Source: Candidatus Thorarchaeota archaeon (GTDB lineage: Archaea; Asgardarchaeota; Thorarchaeia; Thorarchaeales; Thorarchaeaceae). From it: a DNA stretch of 64,000 bases. The notes below the pieces were generated by a model that worked only from the letters and a program-made list of their open reading frames with translations, searched no databases and was not told the origin of the DNA. The stretch covers positions 66,496 to 130,495 of the forward strand of contig JBHLQH010000009.1 of the NCBI GenBank assembly GCA_048884965.1, given 5' to 3'. A program made the translations under genes and the position numbers. The first letter of the stretch is position 1; the number at the start of each line of letters is the position of its first letter. This document shows positions 1-10,428 of the stretch, in pieces.

Positions 1-513
1 ATGGGGTCGGTGAAGACCAACAGGGAAACGCAAGTTGACACATATTTCAATCATCCCTGTAGGTCCTTTGAAACTACAGATGAAGCACTTCGTCTGAGGA
101 CAAGGGAAAAGATAGCTATCTCTAATCAAGCCGGGAATATTCCTGCTACCAAGATTGAGCTCACATACAAAGGTCCGAAACTGGATACAACTACCAAGAC
201 CCGTCTGGAGCTTTCAGTTGGGATACGGGATACAGAGTCGATTCGTGCAATATTGATACAATTGGGCTTCCAAGAGGTTGCCACCATTGTCAAGGATAGA
301 ATATTCTTCGCCCTTGAGGGCATGATAGCAAGTATAGATCATGTAGATAAAGTGGGTTCTTTTCTTGAGGTCGAGACAGTCGTTGATTCAGAGGATCGAA
401 TTCCGTCGGCAAGAGAGGAGATCCTCAGCTTCGTAGAGAAGATTGGGCTAAGACGTACGGACTCAATTAGAGAATCATATCTCGAGCTCTTCTTGAGGAA
501 GCTGCACTCCTAG
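1..513 (+). CDS. cyaB: CYTH-domain protein / class IV adenylate cyclase (5'-truncated by window)
   Basis: Motifs DTYFNHP, LRLR, TYKGPK, R.E, K.R, D.V..VG.FLEVE and C-terminal SYLEL. The N-terminal ExExK motif is absent, so the gene probably starts before the window. Confidence 0.88.
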   Translation: MGSVKTNRETQVDTYFNHPCRSFETTDEALRLRTREKIAISNQAGNIPATKIELTYKGPKLDTTTKTRLELSVGIRDTESIRAILIQLGFQEVATIVKDRIFFALEGMIASIDHVDKVGSFLEVETVVDSEDRIPSAREEILSFVEKIGLRRTDSIRESYLELFLRKLHS

Positions 514-1106
514 TCACTTGCAGAAATCTCCTTACGTAGCTGCTTGACGAACCTCTCTAGTAATGAGTGACGGTCGTGGGCGATGCGAGACGCTTCCTGC
601 GTGTAGAGCATGTCTTTGAGTTTCAGAAGCTTCTCATCAGCGTGCTCGAGAAATCCACGTAATCCCTTTCCAGAAACTGTGGCCTGTGCAATAGATCGAA
701 AGACTCCAATTGCACCAATGGCATCAAGTTTGTCCGCATCGCTTAGAATCCTGCCTTCAAGTGAAATAGGCTCTATTCCCTCACTAAACCTATGTGTTCT
801 AATTGCACTGAGAACTTCTTCGATCTCATGGTCTGTATACCCAATGTCTTCAAGGAATCTCTTGCTAAGCTCGCCTGATATGACAGAGTGGGACTTTCCA
901 TATTGTTCTTCAAAAGGTCTACCTATGTCATGAAGCAACGCTGCTGCTCCTAGGATGCGAATCTTTGCCCCCATAGTATTTCCAATCTCCAGACAGACCT
1001 GTAGTACCCGGCGTGTATGATCGTAGGTATGAGCTCCCTCGCCATTATCTTCAAGGATACTTCTGGAGAAATCATCAATTTTGGCTTCTGGGAACAGTTC
1101 TATCAC
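510..1106 (-). CDS. HD-domain metal-dependent phosphohydrolase
   Basis: H...HT.RV, AALLHDIGR, H, THRF and SDADKLDAIGAIG are HD superfamily motifs. Confidence 0.9.
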   Translation of the reverse strand: MIELFPEAKIDDFSRSILEDNGEGAHTYDHTRRVLQVCLEIGNTMGAKIRILGAAALLHDIGRPFEEQYGKSHSVISGELSKRFLEDIGYTDHEIEEVLSAIRTHRFSEGIEPISLEGRILSDADKLDAIGAIGVFRSIAQATVSGKGLRGFLEHADEKLLKLKDMLYTQEASRIAHDRHSLLERFVKQLRKEISASD

Positions 1107-1289
1107 AATCCTCTACGAGTTTCGTCAATGAAACGCTTGTCCTTTCTTAAAATCGACGGAAGTTACAATTATTGATGAATAAATATGCTAGAAACGCTTT
1201 AATCATTAGGAATCGTCGGAATACTGTTAAGGAGTTGTGCACCCCCTTAGCCAGCCAAACGCCACCCATGGCAGCGAGAGGAATCATAC

Positions 1290-4200
1290 TTGAGTGCCAG
1301 TGAACCTGTAACCAAACGCAAAGTCGGGATAACAACTATCCTCAGTGCTATTTTCATAATTCTTATGATAGTATGGGGCACCTACACAGTCATCCTAATT
1401 TCTCTCGAACAAGTACGGTCTGAGAATCCACATGTACAGCTGAACGACGTTGAGCCATGGAACTACAATATCAATTGGGCTGGTGGACGTACAAATTGGT
1501 TCGATGACATCAACTATACTGATCTCCCACTAGATCAGCAGCTCCCTGAGGATCTATTGGCCCAGCTCAACAATACGCTATTCATTGTTAGTCCAGCAAA
1601 TCCGGGACAGCTATGGCGAAGCACCGCGTATGACAGCTACGATGGTGCAGGATGGCGAAAGACATTAGACTTGACCACTGAATCTGTCGGGGTAATACCA
1701 GCATCTAGTGCAGTGAACGAAGTCTATACCATCAGTATGAACATCACCGTTAGCGCTAATACTGATCCTATAGAGCTACCAGTGTTATTCCCTTATATTC
1801 TAGTCATTGAGGACTCCTTCACCAGTACACCTTCTGATGCGCTAATCAGTTACTATCTTGAGTATGATGTATACAATACATTGCTATTCTATCCGTTCCT
1901 ATCCGGAAACTTGGGCGACACAGTACTAATCCAGTACCAAGTGACCTATTTGACCCAGGACCTTGCCTATATTGAAGCCAACGCACAGGAAGGAATTACT
2001 GCAGATCGCACAACTCAAGACCAATACGGCCGTGATGCGACTACCACTGATTTATCTGACACCGTACGTAATGAGATTGAACCATTCAGAACCATAGGTA
2101 CTAATGCATATGACAAGGCGATGGCCGTTGATGTCTACTTCCGATCGAACTATCAGCTACTAATGGGAGAGGATGAGATCAATGAACGCCCTGCAGCTGA
2201 TCAAGAGGTCACTGATTGGTTCATCGAGCGAGGTGGCGGTCTGCCTATGGACTTCGCTACAGCCTATTGTGTGTTCATGAGGGAGTTGGATATTCCAGCT
2301 CGGATGACCTTGGGTTATGCTCTGGGTGACCCCAATCCTGATGGCAGCAATTCTCGACTAGTACGAGTTCTTCATATGATGTTCTGGGCTGAAGTGTACA
2401 TCCCATTTGATGGGACGGACGGTGAATGGATTCAGGTCATTCCAATTCCACTGCCCTCTGATTTTGGGGGTGGTGATCTTCCTGAGAATCTTGATCCCGC
2501 CAATGTTACGCTATACGTTGGAACTCCCGAGAATATTGTATTGCAATGGCTCTATCCCGGTACCCCTCTTATTCCTCAATGGTCCATGATTGGTGATTCC
2601 TTCAATCTGAGTGCCATGCTAATAGTAAATGATCAACCCTATACTGGCTCAGAGAATATCAGATTCTATGACCTGACTGATGGAGTCGAGCTGGGAACAG
2701 TACCTATAGAATTCACTCCTGATGCTCGACATCTACCTCTTGCAAACATATCATATTCCTTCCCTGATGGAGCCAATCCTGGTGCGCACAATATCTCCGC
2801 AATGTGGATCACCTCTACTTTCCTATCGACTGGATTCACTTCTTGGGTCGCAGTCGGTCAATCAAATCCCTATGCACCAATCCTCCCAACTTCTCAATTC
2901 GCTCCTAGCGAAACAATAGACCTGAATGTGAAACTCGGACTGACCGATTATTCAGCACAATGGATGGATACACTACATGTCTATGGAACTATGACTATTG
3001 GTGGTTCTCCAGCCAATGGAACAAAACTAGCTGAGCTCGGGAATGATCAAATGTGGCTTCTATGGGATGGTATCTGGTATGGAAATGCGACCATTGGTTC
3101 AGACGGATACTACGAGCTTGATATCTATCTTGATCCAACGGATTTGGCCAGAATGACAGCCGGCCAACATAACGTGACTGCATTCTATGCAGGTGTCTAT
3201 GATCCTTTCACTGGTATTCCAGTAGTTCTTCCAGGCTATTCCCCTGATAACATTGTAACGCTAAGTGCTGTTGTAGGGTTCACACTCTCAGTCAATCCTA
3301 CCACAACCGCTGGTGGAGGAACAATAACCTATGATGGGTATCTCTATCTCCTGAATGGTACAATCTTGCCAGGTGAAACTGTGGGGATCATGTTCGATGG
3401 AACGATTGTTGATACTGCTGTAACCAATGGTTCTGGCGGATTCACCTATGACTATGTCGTCCCACTTTCTCAAGTAGAAGGAGATTATCCTGCACAGGTC
3501 AATTTCACCTCTGGATATTCCCTCGTAAATGGAAATACAAGCTTACCAGTTATCATAACCATCGAGAGTGCTTCTGCAACACTTACCATCGATTCAACCC
3601 CGAAGGACCCTACACCATTGTACATCTACGAGAATATCACAATCTTTGGCACTCTCACCATTACATCAAATAGCTCACCACTAGTAGGTAGGACAGTGGA
3701 CCTCTATTGGGACTGGAACAATGGTACTGTACAATACCTTGGCTCCAATATTACTGGTGCCGGGGGATACTATGAATTCACTTACCAGATCCCAGCATAC
3801 TCTGAAGGTTATGGCACATATTGGGTCGAATTCAACTCTCTCGAAGCTACACTCCAATCAGGAATCTCACCTACGATGAGCATCACCGTGAAGCGATACG
3901 ATGTCCAGGTATACATCCAAGCCCTTCAAAGTTCAGTCGCTGTTGGAGAAGAACTTGATATTCAGGGCTTCCTCTACCTTCCTGAACTTTACGGTCTTCT
4001 TCCGAATGCACTCGTATCATTGTGGTGGGATAATGGCTCTGTGTTCAACATTGCAAATGTTATGACAAGTCCTGCTACTGGCTTTTACACCTTCAATTAT
4101 ACAATTCCTCTAACTCACGCTCTACAAGTGAACTCACTATGGGCGAACTACTCATCAATCTCACCACTACTCTATAGCAACGAGTCCATGTTTCTCCCAA

Positions 4201-7200
4201 TCAATGTTCGGAACTATGACTCTTATCTCTCAATCAGCTCAAACTCTTCTGTCGTTCATCTTAATGAAACAGTATACATCTACGGATATCTGGAACATGA
4301 GAACGGGACTCCTTTGACTGGAATGTTAGTGAATATTCAATGGAATAACGGGTCCGTTACTGTCTTCCCTGTCTACACGAACTCCACTGGTTGGTACAAC
4401 TTCTACTATAATTGTTCTCTATCTATTGATGATGAGGGAACTGTCACCGTAACAGCAATTCATACTTCCATCGATCTATCATACAGTAGCTCAAGTGCTA
4501 TCCTCTCACCACCCCTCACACTACAACTATACCAACTGACTCTGGCTACTACTGTGGATCCAAATCCAGTCCATCTTGACGAATCCTTCATTTTTGATGG
4601 CACTCTTACGCTTGACATCAATGGGAACCCTGTATCAGGAGCTACGATCTGGGTTCATTACCGTTATTCTAACGGGACAGAATACTCTATTCCTAGACTG
4701 ACTAATTCAACTGGAGGATTCTTCTTCCAGTATAACTGCTCGCTAAGTGATACCTTAGGAGCAATCTATGTCTGGGCACAATTCAATAGCGGCAACCCTC
4801 TCTGGGATGATGCGATGTCCCTGAATCATACGGTGAACCTAATATTATACTCTATGACTCTGACCGCATTCACTGACAAGGCATCCTATTATCTTGATGA
4901 GGCCATCTATATTTGGGGTCAATTGACGTATTCGCATAACTCCACGCCATTGGATGGGCATCAGGTAAGGGTGTATGTATCCAATGTATATGGTCCCGTC
5001 TATTGGACGGTAGTAACGAATAGTAGTGGTCATTTCGAGTACACCTACCCCCTATCGCCAAGCGATGAAGGACCAATTGATATTTGGGCTACCTTCACGA
5101 CTTCAGTGCCATTATGGGACAATGCAACTTCTTCAACAGTCCAAGTCAATGCTATCAAGTACGATTTGACAATCGATTTGATGATTTCGCCTAATCCCGT
5201 GTATCTGAATGAAACTATTACCATTCTCCTTCATCTATACTTCTCGCACAATTCGACCGACATTCCTAATGAATGGGTGACCGTTTGGTGGGACAACGGG
5301 GTAGATTCCGCATTCATTGTGGGCGTAGTCCAGACAAACTCCTCAGGATATGCTGAGTTTACCTATTCGGGCATGGACGACTATACGATTCTAGTTGGAA
5401 ACGACCTCTATGCAGTCAGTGGTGGAACGACCTATTTTGATTATGTCACATCAAATCATGTTTATCTCGATTTGCAGAGATGGTCCACTCTTATCCATAG
5501 TCTTGATACAGGTGGCTCTACCAACTTTCAACTCACCGATACTGTAACGGTTACAGGATATCTTGTCTACGATGGACCCGAGCCAGACGTTCCATATTCA
5601 TCAATTCAGGTTGAGATTCTTGTCGATGGAGAGATAGTGGATACTACATTGACTGCATCTGATGGTTCATTTACAGGCTATTGGGTGATTCCTGACGATA
5701 CGACGACTGGCACTCATGTCATATCTGCTAGATTTTCGTCATCTGTAAACTGGATTGCCAACTATACTCTGGTTCCTGGAATCTCTGTTGATGTTACCGC
5801 AATCAATATCATTTGGACCTTCTCTGCGACCCCTGATCCGGTCTATAGAGGCAATTGGCTCTATATCTCAGGTACTTTGGACTTGGACAATGGTAGCGTC
5901 TATGCTGGAGCCATCGTTACAATCTATTGGCAAAGTCCATCCCAAACAATACCCTCCGAGATAGGCACTCGCATAACAGATGGAAGTGGATTCTTTGAGA
6001 TGCGGTACCGCGTAGGCGACACTGCTGAGCTAGGACTTACCATGATTCTGGTAGATTGCTCATCCGGAACCCCAGTTATTGCCTACAGTGGAGATTCTGA
6101 TACAGTTAGTGTTGAGATGATCCCAGTGACACTTACCGGAGGGGGTGATATATCAGGCGTCATCTATCTTGGTGATACCATTCAGTTCTCTGGTACTCTG
6201 ACCTTTGGTAATGGCACCTCAATGGTTGGCTACGATGTAAGTATCATCTGGGATGGTGAAGTGCTAACAACAATTACGATTACCGATGGGGTTGCAGGCG
6301 CGTTCTCATACTCGTATTTACTTCCGTGGGATGAATCCGTTCAAGACATCACCTACTATATTCAATTTGACAGGCCCTCTGAGGCATATCAGGAAGCACA
6401 GACGGTATCTACGGACTTGGAAATCCGTGATGCGGTATCCATAGCCATTGATACACAATCTGTGACAATCATCTTCCGTGATGACACTCTTCTCATTACT
6501 GGAATTGTGACCAATGGTGGTGGTCCGGATGCTGATGTGCCTTTGGAGATACTAGTTGATGGCGCTGCATCAGGTTCCTATGCCATAACCGATCAAAATG
6601 GAAGATTCTCTGCTTCCTTTCTCATTCATGACGCGATTGACAGCGGAACCCGTAACTTCACTGTAAGTCTCGATTCAACGAACTATGATCAGTCAAGTTC
6701 TCCAGCATACTGGTTGGTCGATGTTTACCTCCATTCATATATCACTGTCAACTTCCAAGATTTATCTGATCTAATGCCGGGCGGATCGTTCAACATAAGC
6801 TTCAATATCTTCGATGATGATCAAAACACACCCATCGGTCAGTTCGTTTCTGTATATCTTAATACTACCTACATTGGAGATCTCCTCGTTACTACAGCGG
6901 GTTACAACACATATCTCATGGACCTTGATGCATCTTGGTCTGGCGGGTCTGGTTACTTCGTAGCAATCGTTGAGTGGGATGGTGATTCGTTCATCGAGGG
7001 CTCTTCCGGTCAGACTCGTTATTCCATCCATGTATATGACGAGGTGGTGTTTAGTGGATTTCAACCCGGATATGCAGAAGTCAACGCACAGGTCTTGCTT
7101 CGAGGACAATTACTTGATGGTGCTGGTAATCCTATCATTGGGGCAACAGTCAATCTATATCTGAACACAACTCCTTCGCCTTTAGGACCATCAGCAGTCG

Positions 7201-7520
7201 TTATAACAGGTGAAACAGGAGAGTTCACGTATACTCTGCCTTTTAGATTCACATCAGCAGGTAGTTACTTCTTTGTTGCAGAATTCGTAATGCAAGATGG
7301 CACTCCCGTTACAGGCAGGCATGATTTCTTGGTCACACCAGGAGGACCTCCTGGTCTTGATACAGCTTTGCTATTCACTTGGGTGATAGCAATTGGGCTT
7401 GAATTGATCGTTGCCATGATAATAGTCGCGCGATACCGATATAACCGCGGAGGTTCTGGTTTATTTGGGTTTAGACTTCGCAGCAGAGCTTCAGAGATTT
7501 ATGATACTTTAGTCAGGTGA
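1290..7520 (+). CDS. Giant membrane-anchored surface protein: TgpA/transglutaminase-like domain (catalytic triad degenerate) plus many Ig-like beta-sandwich repeats
   Basis: N-terminal TM; LWRSTAYDSYDGAGW (TgpA_N-like); DFATAYCVFMRELDIPARMTLGY and WAEVY (transglutaminase core); recurring G.L...PL.G..V.I.W.NG...TNSTG.F.F.Y units; many N-x-S/T sequons; C-terminal TM and basic tail. TTG start with GAGG upstream. Confidence 0.85.
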   Translation: MSASEPVTKRKVGITTILSAIFIILMIVWGTYTVILISLEQVRSENPHVQLNDVEPWNYNINWAGGRTNWFDDINYTDLPLDQQLPEDLLAQLNNTLFIVSPANPGQLWRSTAYDSYDGAGWRKTLDLTTESVGVIPASSAVNEVYTISMNITVSANTDPIELPVLFPYILVIEDSFTSTPSDALISYYLEYDVYNTLLFYPFLSGNLGDTVLIQYQVTYLTQDLAYIEANAQEGITADRTTQDQYGRDATTTDLSDTVRNEIEPFRTIGTNAYDKAMAVDVYFRSNYQLLMGEDEINERPAADQEVTDWFIERGGGLPMDFATAYCVFMRELDIPARMTLGYALGDPNPDGSNSRLVRVLHMMFWAEVYIPFDGTDGEWIQVIPIPLPSDFGGGDLPENLDPANVTLYVGTPENIVLQWLYPGTPLIPQWSMIGDSFNLSAMLIVNDQPYTGSENIRFYDLTDGVELGTVPIEFTPDARHLPLANISYSFPDGANPGAHNISAMWITSTFLSTGFTSWVAVGQSNPYAPILPTSQFAPSETIDLNVKLGLTDYSAQWMDTLHVYGTMTIGGSPANGTKLAELGNDQMWLLWDGIWYGNATIGSDGYYELDIYLDPTDLARMTAGQHNVTAFYAGVYDPFTGIPVVLPGYSPDNIVTLSAVVGFTLSVNPTTTAGGGTITYDGYLYLLNGTILPGETVGIMFDGTIVDTAVTNGSGGFTYDYVVPLSQVEGDYPAQVNFTSGYSLVNGNTSLPVIITIESASATLTIDSTPKDPTPLYIYENITIFGTLTITSNSSPLVGRTVDLYWDWNNGTVQYLGSNITGAGGYYEFTYQIPAYSEGYGTYWVEFNSLEATLQSGISPTMSITVKRYDVQVYIQALQSSVAVGEELDIQGFLYLPELYGLLPNALVSLWWDNGSVFNIANVMTSPATGFYTFNYTIPLTHALQVNSLWANYSSISPLLYSNESMFLPINVRNYDSYLSISSNSSVVHLNETVYIYGYLEHENGTPLTGMLVNIQWNNGSVTVFPVYTNSTGWYNFYYNCSLSIDDEGTVTVTAIHTSIDLSYSSSSAILSPPLTLQLYQLTLATTVDPNPVHLDESFIFDGTLTLDINGNPVSGATIWVHYRYSNGTEYSIPRLTNSTGGFFFQYNCSLSDTLGAIYVWAQFNSGNPLWDDAMSLNHTVNLILYSMTLTAFTDKASYYLDEAIYIWGQLTYSHNSTPLDGHQVRVYVSNVYGPVYWTVVTNSSGHFEYTYPLSPSDEGPIDIWATFTTSVPLWDNATSSTVQVNAIKYDLTIDLMISPNPVYLNETITILLHLYFSHNSTDIPNEWVTVWWDNGVDSAFIVGVVQTNSSGYAEFTYSGMDDYTILVGNDLYAVSGGTTYFDYVTSNHVYLDLQRWSTLIHSLDTGGSTNFQLTDTVTVTGYLVYDGPEPDVPYSSIQVEILVDGEIVDTTLTASDGSFTGYWVIPDDTTTGTHVISARFSSSVNWIANYTLVPGISVDVTAINIIWTFSATPDPVYRGNWLYISGTLDLDNGSVYAGAIVTIYWQSPSQTIPSEIGTRITDGSGFFEMRYRVGDTAELGLTMILVDCSSGTPVIAYSGDSDTVSVEMIPVTLTGGGDISGVIYLGDTIQFSGTLTFGNGTSMVGYDVSIIWDGEVLTTITITDGVAGAFSYSYLLPWDESVQDITYYIQFDRPSEAYQEAQTVSTDLEIRDAVSIAIDTQSVTIIFRDDTLLITGIVTNGGGPDADVPLEILVDGAASGSYAITDQNGRFSASFLIHDAIDSGTRNFTVSLDSTNYDQSSSPAYWLVDVYLHSYITVNFQDLSDLMPGGSFNISFNIFDDDQNTPIGQFVSVYLNTTYIGDLLVTTAGYNTYLMDLDASWSGGSGYFVAIVEWDGDSFIEGSSGQTRYSIHVYDEVVFSGFQPGYAEVNAQVLLRGQLLDGAGNPIIGATVNLYLNTTPSPLGPSAVVITGETGEFTYTLPFRFTSAGSYFFVAEFVMQDGTPVTGRHDFLVTPGGPPGLDTALLFTWVIAIGLELIVAMIIVARYRYNRGGSGLFGFRLRSRASEIYDTLVR

Positions 7521-7990
7521 GAACAATGCAATTGGATTTAATTGAGATATTAATGCCAGCGGTTGCACTTACAGGGGCTGTGATAGTTGTACTCCTGTAC
7601 CTTTACTATGTCAAAGGTATGTTTCGTAGTACCACACGAGCTGTTACTTCTGTAGACATCCCTGGCAAACTCAGAAATATCAAGAAACTTGCAGATGCTG
7701 GTAAGTTCGAGGCGGCGATAACTCTTGCTTATCGTACCTTTGAGCAGATGTGTGGGATGAAGATCGGGTCAGAAAGGATGTCTTCCGAAACTGCACGCGA
7801 GTACATCGAGCGTGTCTTGAAGATCATACCCCTTGATGCCGAATCAGTTGAGGAATTCGTGAAAGCATATGAAGAAGCGAGATTCTCAAGCCATGAAATC
7901 TCTCGTGATAGATACGAGCTAGCAATCAAGGTCTTCACGGATATCTATCCCCGAATCGAAGGGGCTACATTAGTCAAGGAGAAACTATAG
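7517..7990 (+). CDS. DUF4129-domain membrane-anchored protein
   Basis: N-terminal TM, then SETAREY and YEEARFS motifs. Overlaps the upstream stop (GTGA). Confidence 0.8.
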   Translation: MRTMQLDLIEILMPAVALTGAVIVVLLYLYYVKGMFRSTTRAVTSVDIPGKLRNIKKLADAGKFEAAITLAYRTFEQMCGMKIGSERMSSETAREYIERVLKIIPLDAESVEEFVKAYEEARFSSHEISRDRYELAIKVFTDIYPRIEGATLVKEKL

Positions 7991-8015
7991 GGTTATTCCA
8001 AGGTGGCGTGTTGAG

Positions 8016-9398
8016 ATGGGATGGAAAGAGGCTCTGCAAATAACGCTGTTCGTCTTAGCTTGGATACCAATAGGGTATCTTAGCATCACGACTGCAATCA
8101 ACTATGAGCAGCAGTACGAGTATGACTTCTCCATCTACAACACCAACTGGGATGGTTGCAGCGAATTTCGCGCGATGATTGAGCGTAATGGGTACGAAGC
8201 AAAGACAATTCAGTCATCCATGAGTGTGATTAATCGATACGAGGGCAATGCGACAATCGTCATCCTAGGGCCTGTGCGTGATTTTTCCATTGACGCGACC
8301 TTAACTCTTCTCCAGCACATGATAGCAGGTGGAGGGGTGATTATTGCGGATGACTTTGGTACAGCGAACAGTTCTTTTGTTTGGCTGAACGAATATCTGA
8401 TTAATCTTCTGGCAGGTGATTCTCCCTATCTCCAATACATTGATGGGTTCCTCTCCTTCACCAAGGGAATCCTCATGGATCTTGATTCATACTATGCAAG
8501 TCCGCGTCTACCAGTCATTAGAGACTTCAATGCGCATCCGCTTTTCAACGGTGTGTCCTCAATCACGTTGAACAATGCATCAGCACTGACTCCGACAAGT
8601 ATCCTTGGGGCAACTGGAATAGCATGGACAACTAATCGTGCATGGAGTGAAACGAACATCTCTGACCCGAATCCTACCCCCACCGAAGGTGAATTCGCAG
8701 GTAGACTTCCCGTTATTGGTGTACTGGATAACAGCTATGGCATCCCAATTGCAGGGCGAATGGTAGCGATATCTGATCCGAGTATCTTCATCAATGAGAT
8801 GTGGGATGCGTTTGACGGCAATCGCCAATTCGGAGCAAATCTCGTCAATTGGATATCTGGTGGAAATCAAGACCGTCCTATTATTTTCTGTGAACAATTA
8901 CTCGCAACGCCAATCGTTAGTGCTGAATTCTTCTTTGGCGGATACATGTCTAGGATGCTTTGGGCTAGTACCAATATCTTTCTCGCACCAATCTATCCTC
9001 TAATGACCGCCATTGGTATCAAGAAGTACTTGCCTGACATGAAGAAGCCCGAAGTCAAAAGCGTATCTGAAGTCTTCATGCGTAGAGGTCAGACCTATTT
9101 CAGTGAGAGGATGACATATTATCGTACAGAAGGGAATTACGCCCGTGTCATAAAAATGATCTATAGAAAGCTCCGTCGAGGGATACGGAAGAAGTATCAA
9201 TGGTCTGACTATAAGTCTCAAAGAGTATGGGAACTAATTCGATACAAGGATCCCTCAATAAAGGAGGCTGACTTTTTCAAAAACCTCCAACGGATTGAAG
9301 AGATATCTTCCAAGCCAAATATGAAAATTAGAGAGGCTGAGATGATGAAACTCTTCTTCTGGATGAAGAACATTCAAGATAAATTAGTAGAAACATAA
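8016..9398 (+). CDS. DUF4350-domain membrane protein
   Basis: FSIYNTNWDGCS, GG.VIIADDFGTANS, SDPSIFINEM and N..F..NL motifs; typical position in MoxR operons. Confidence 0.78.
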   Translation: MGWKEALQITLFVLAWIPIGYLSITTAINYEQQYEYDFSIYNTNWDGCSEFRAMIERNGYEAKTIQSSMSVINRYEGNATIVILGPVRDFSIDATLTLLQHMIAGGGVIIADDFGTANSSFVWLNEYLINLLAGDSPYLQYIDGFLSFTKGILMDLDSYYASPRLPVIRDFNAHPLFNGVSSITLNNASALTPTSILGATGIAWTTNRAWSETNISDPNPTPTEGEFAGRLPVIGVLDNSYGIPIAGRMVAISDPSIFINEMWDAFDGNRQFGANLVNWISGGNQDRPIIFCEQLLATPIVSAEFFFGGYMSRMLWASTNIFLAPIYPLMTAIGIKKYLPDMKKPEVKSVSEVFMRRGQTYFSERMTYYRTEGNYARVIKMIYRKLRRGIRKKYQWSDYKSQRVWELIRYKDPSIKEADFFKNLQRIEEISSKPNMKIREAEMMKLFFWMKNIQDKLVET

Positions 9399-9402
9399 GA
9401 AG

Positions 9403-10404
9403 GTGGAACATAAAGAAATGACAATAGATTCAACGGAAACCAATATGGAAAGTCTGGGTCCACCAATGACCATCTCCGAGGTTCACGACCTCACATCAGA
9501 AATTCTACGTGAATGTGGTCGCATTATCGTTGGGAAGATTGACATAATGCGTGATACATTGATAGCATTTCTTTCAAATGGTCATGTGGTCCTAGAAGGG
9601 GTTCCCGGTCTAGCCAAGACGTATATGGCACGTACCTTTGCGTCTATTCTGGGATGTGCTTTCAAGCGGATTCAGCTTACAGTAGACACCCTACCCGCTG
9701 ATTTGCTCGGAAGCAACGTGTTCAACCAGAAGACCGGTGAATTTTGGTTTAGAAAGGGACCCGTCTTCTCAAACTTGGTACTGGCTGATGAAATCAATAG
9801 ATGCCCTCCAAAATCTCAGAGTGCACTCCTTGAAGTCATGGAGGAGCGTCAAGTTTCAACTGAAGGCATCACAAGAGCATTACCCAGACCCTTCCTGATT
9901 ATAGCTACTCAGAATCCTGTCGAGCAAGAGGGTACTTATCCTCTGCCTGAGGCACAGCTAGATCGATTCATGTTCAGACTCATACTTGATTATCCTACTG
10001 GGTCAGAAGAAGCTGAAGTGATACGAAGGAAGCATGTTGGTGAGGCATCTGACCTACGCATTCTTGCCGATCCCGTTACCATGATGCGAATGCAAGAAAC
10101 CTGTAAGACCGTCTATATTGAGGAGGATATTATCAACTATATCCGTGATATCATAGTCAGGACGCGAAATGACCCTCAGATTTTGCTTGGCGGCTCACCT
10201 CGAGCATCATTAGTATTGATGAACTCATCTAAGACCCGTGCTGCAATGCATGGTCGTGATTATGTCGTTCCCGAGGATGTGCGAAAGCTCGCTGTTCAAA
10301 CTCTGAATCACAGACTCGTTCTCAAGCCTGAGGCAGAACTGGAAGGTCTCACGGTTGAAAGAATCACCAGTAAGATTCTAGGCGAAGTTGACTGTCCACG
10401 CTAG
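9403..10404 (+). CDS. moxR: MoxR-family AAA+ ATPase
   Basis: Walker A GVPGLAKT, RIQ.T.D.LP.D, Walker B LADEINR, ATQNPVEQEGTYPLPEAQLDRF, SPRAS. Confidence 0.96.
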   Translation: MEHKEMTIDSTETNMESLGPPMTISEVHDLTSEILRECGRIIVGKIDIMRDTLIAFLSNGHVVLEGVPGLAKTYMARTFASILGCAFKRIQLTVDTLPADLLGSNVFNQKTGEFWFRKGPVFSNLVLADEINRCPPKSQSALLEVMEERQVSTEGITRALPRPFLIIATQNPVEQEGTYPLPEAQLDRFMFRLILDYPTGSEEAEVIRRKHVGEASDLRILADPVTMMRMQETCKTVYIEEDIINYIRDIIVRTRNDPQILLGGSPRASLVLMNSSKTRAAMHGRDYVVPEDVRKLAVQTLNHRLVLKPEAELEGLTVERITSKILGEVDCPR

Positions 10405-10428
10405 GAACCTAAACGGAGATTAGATGCT

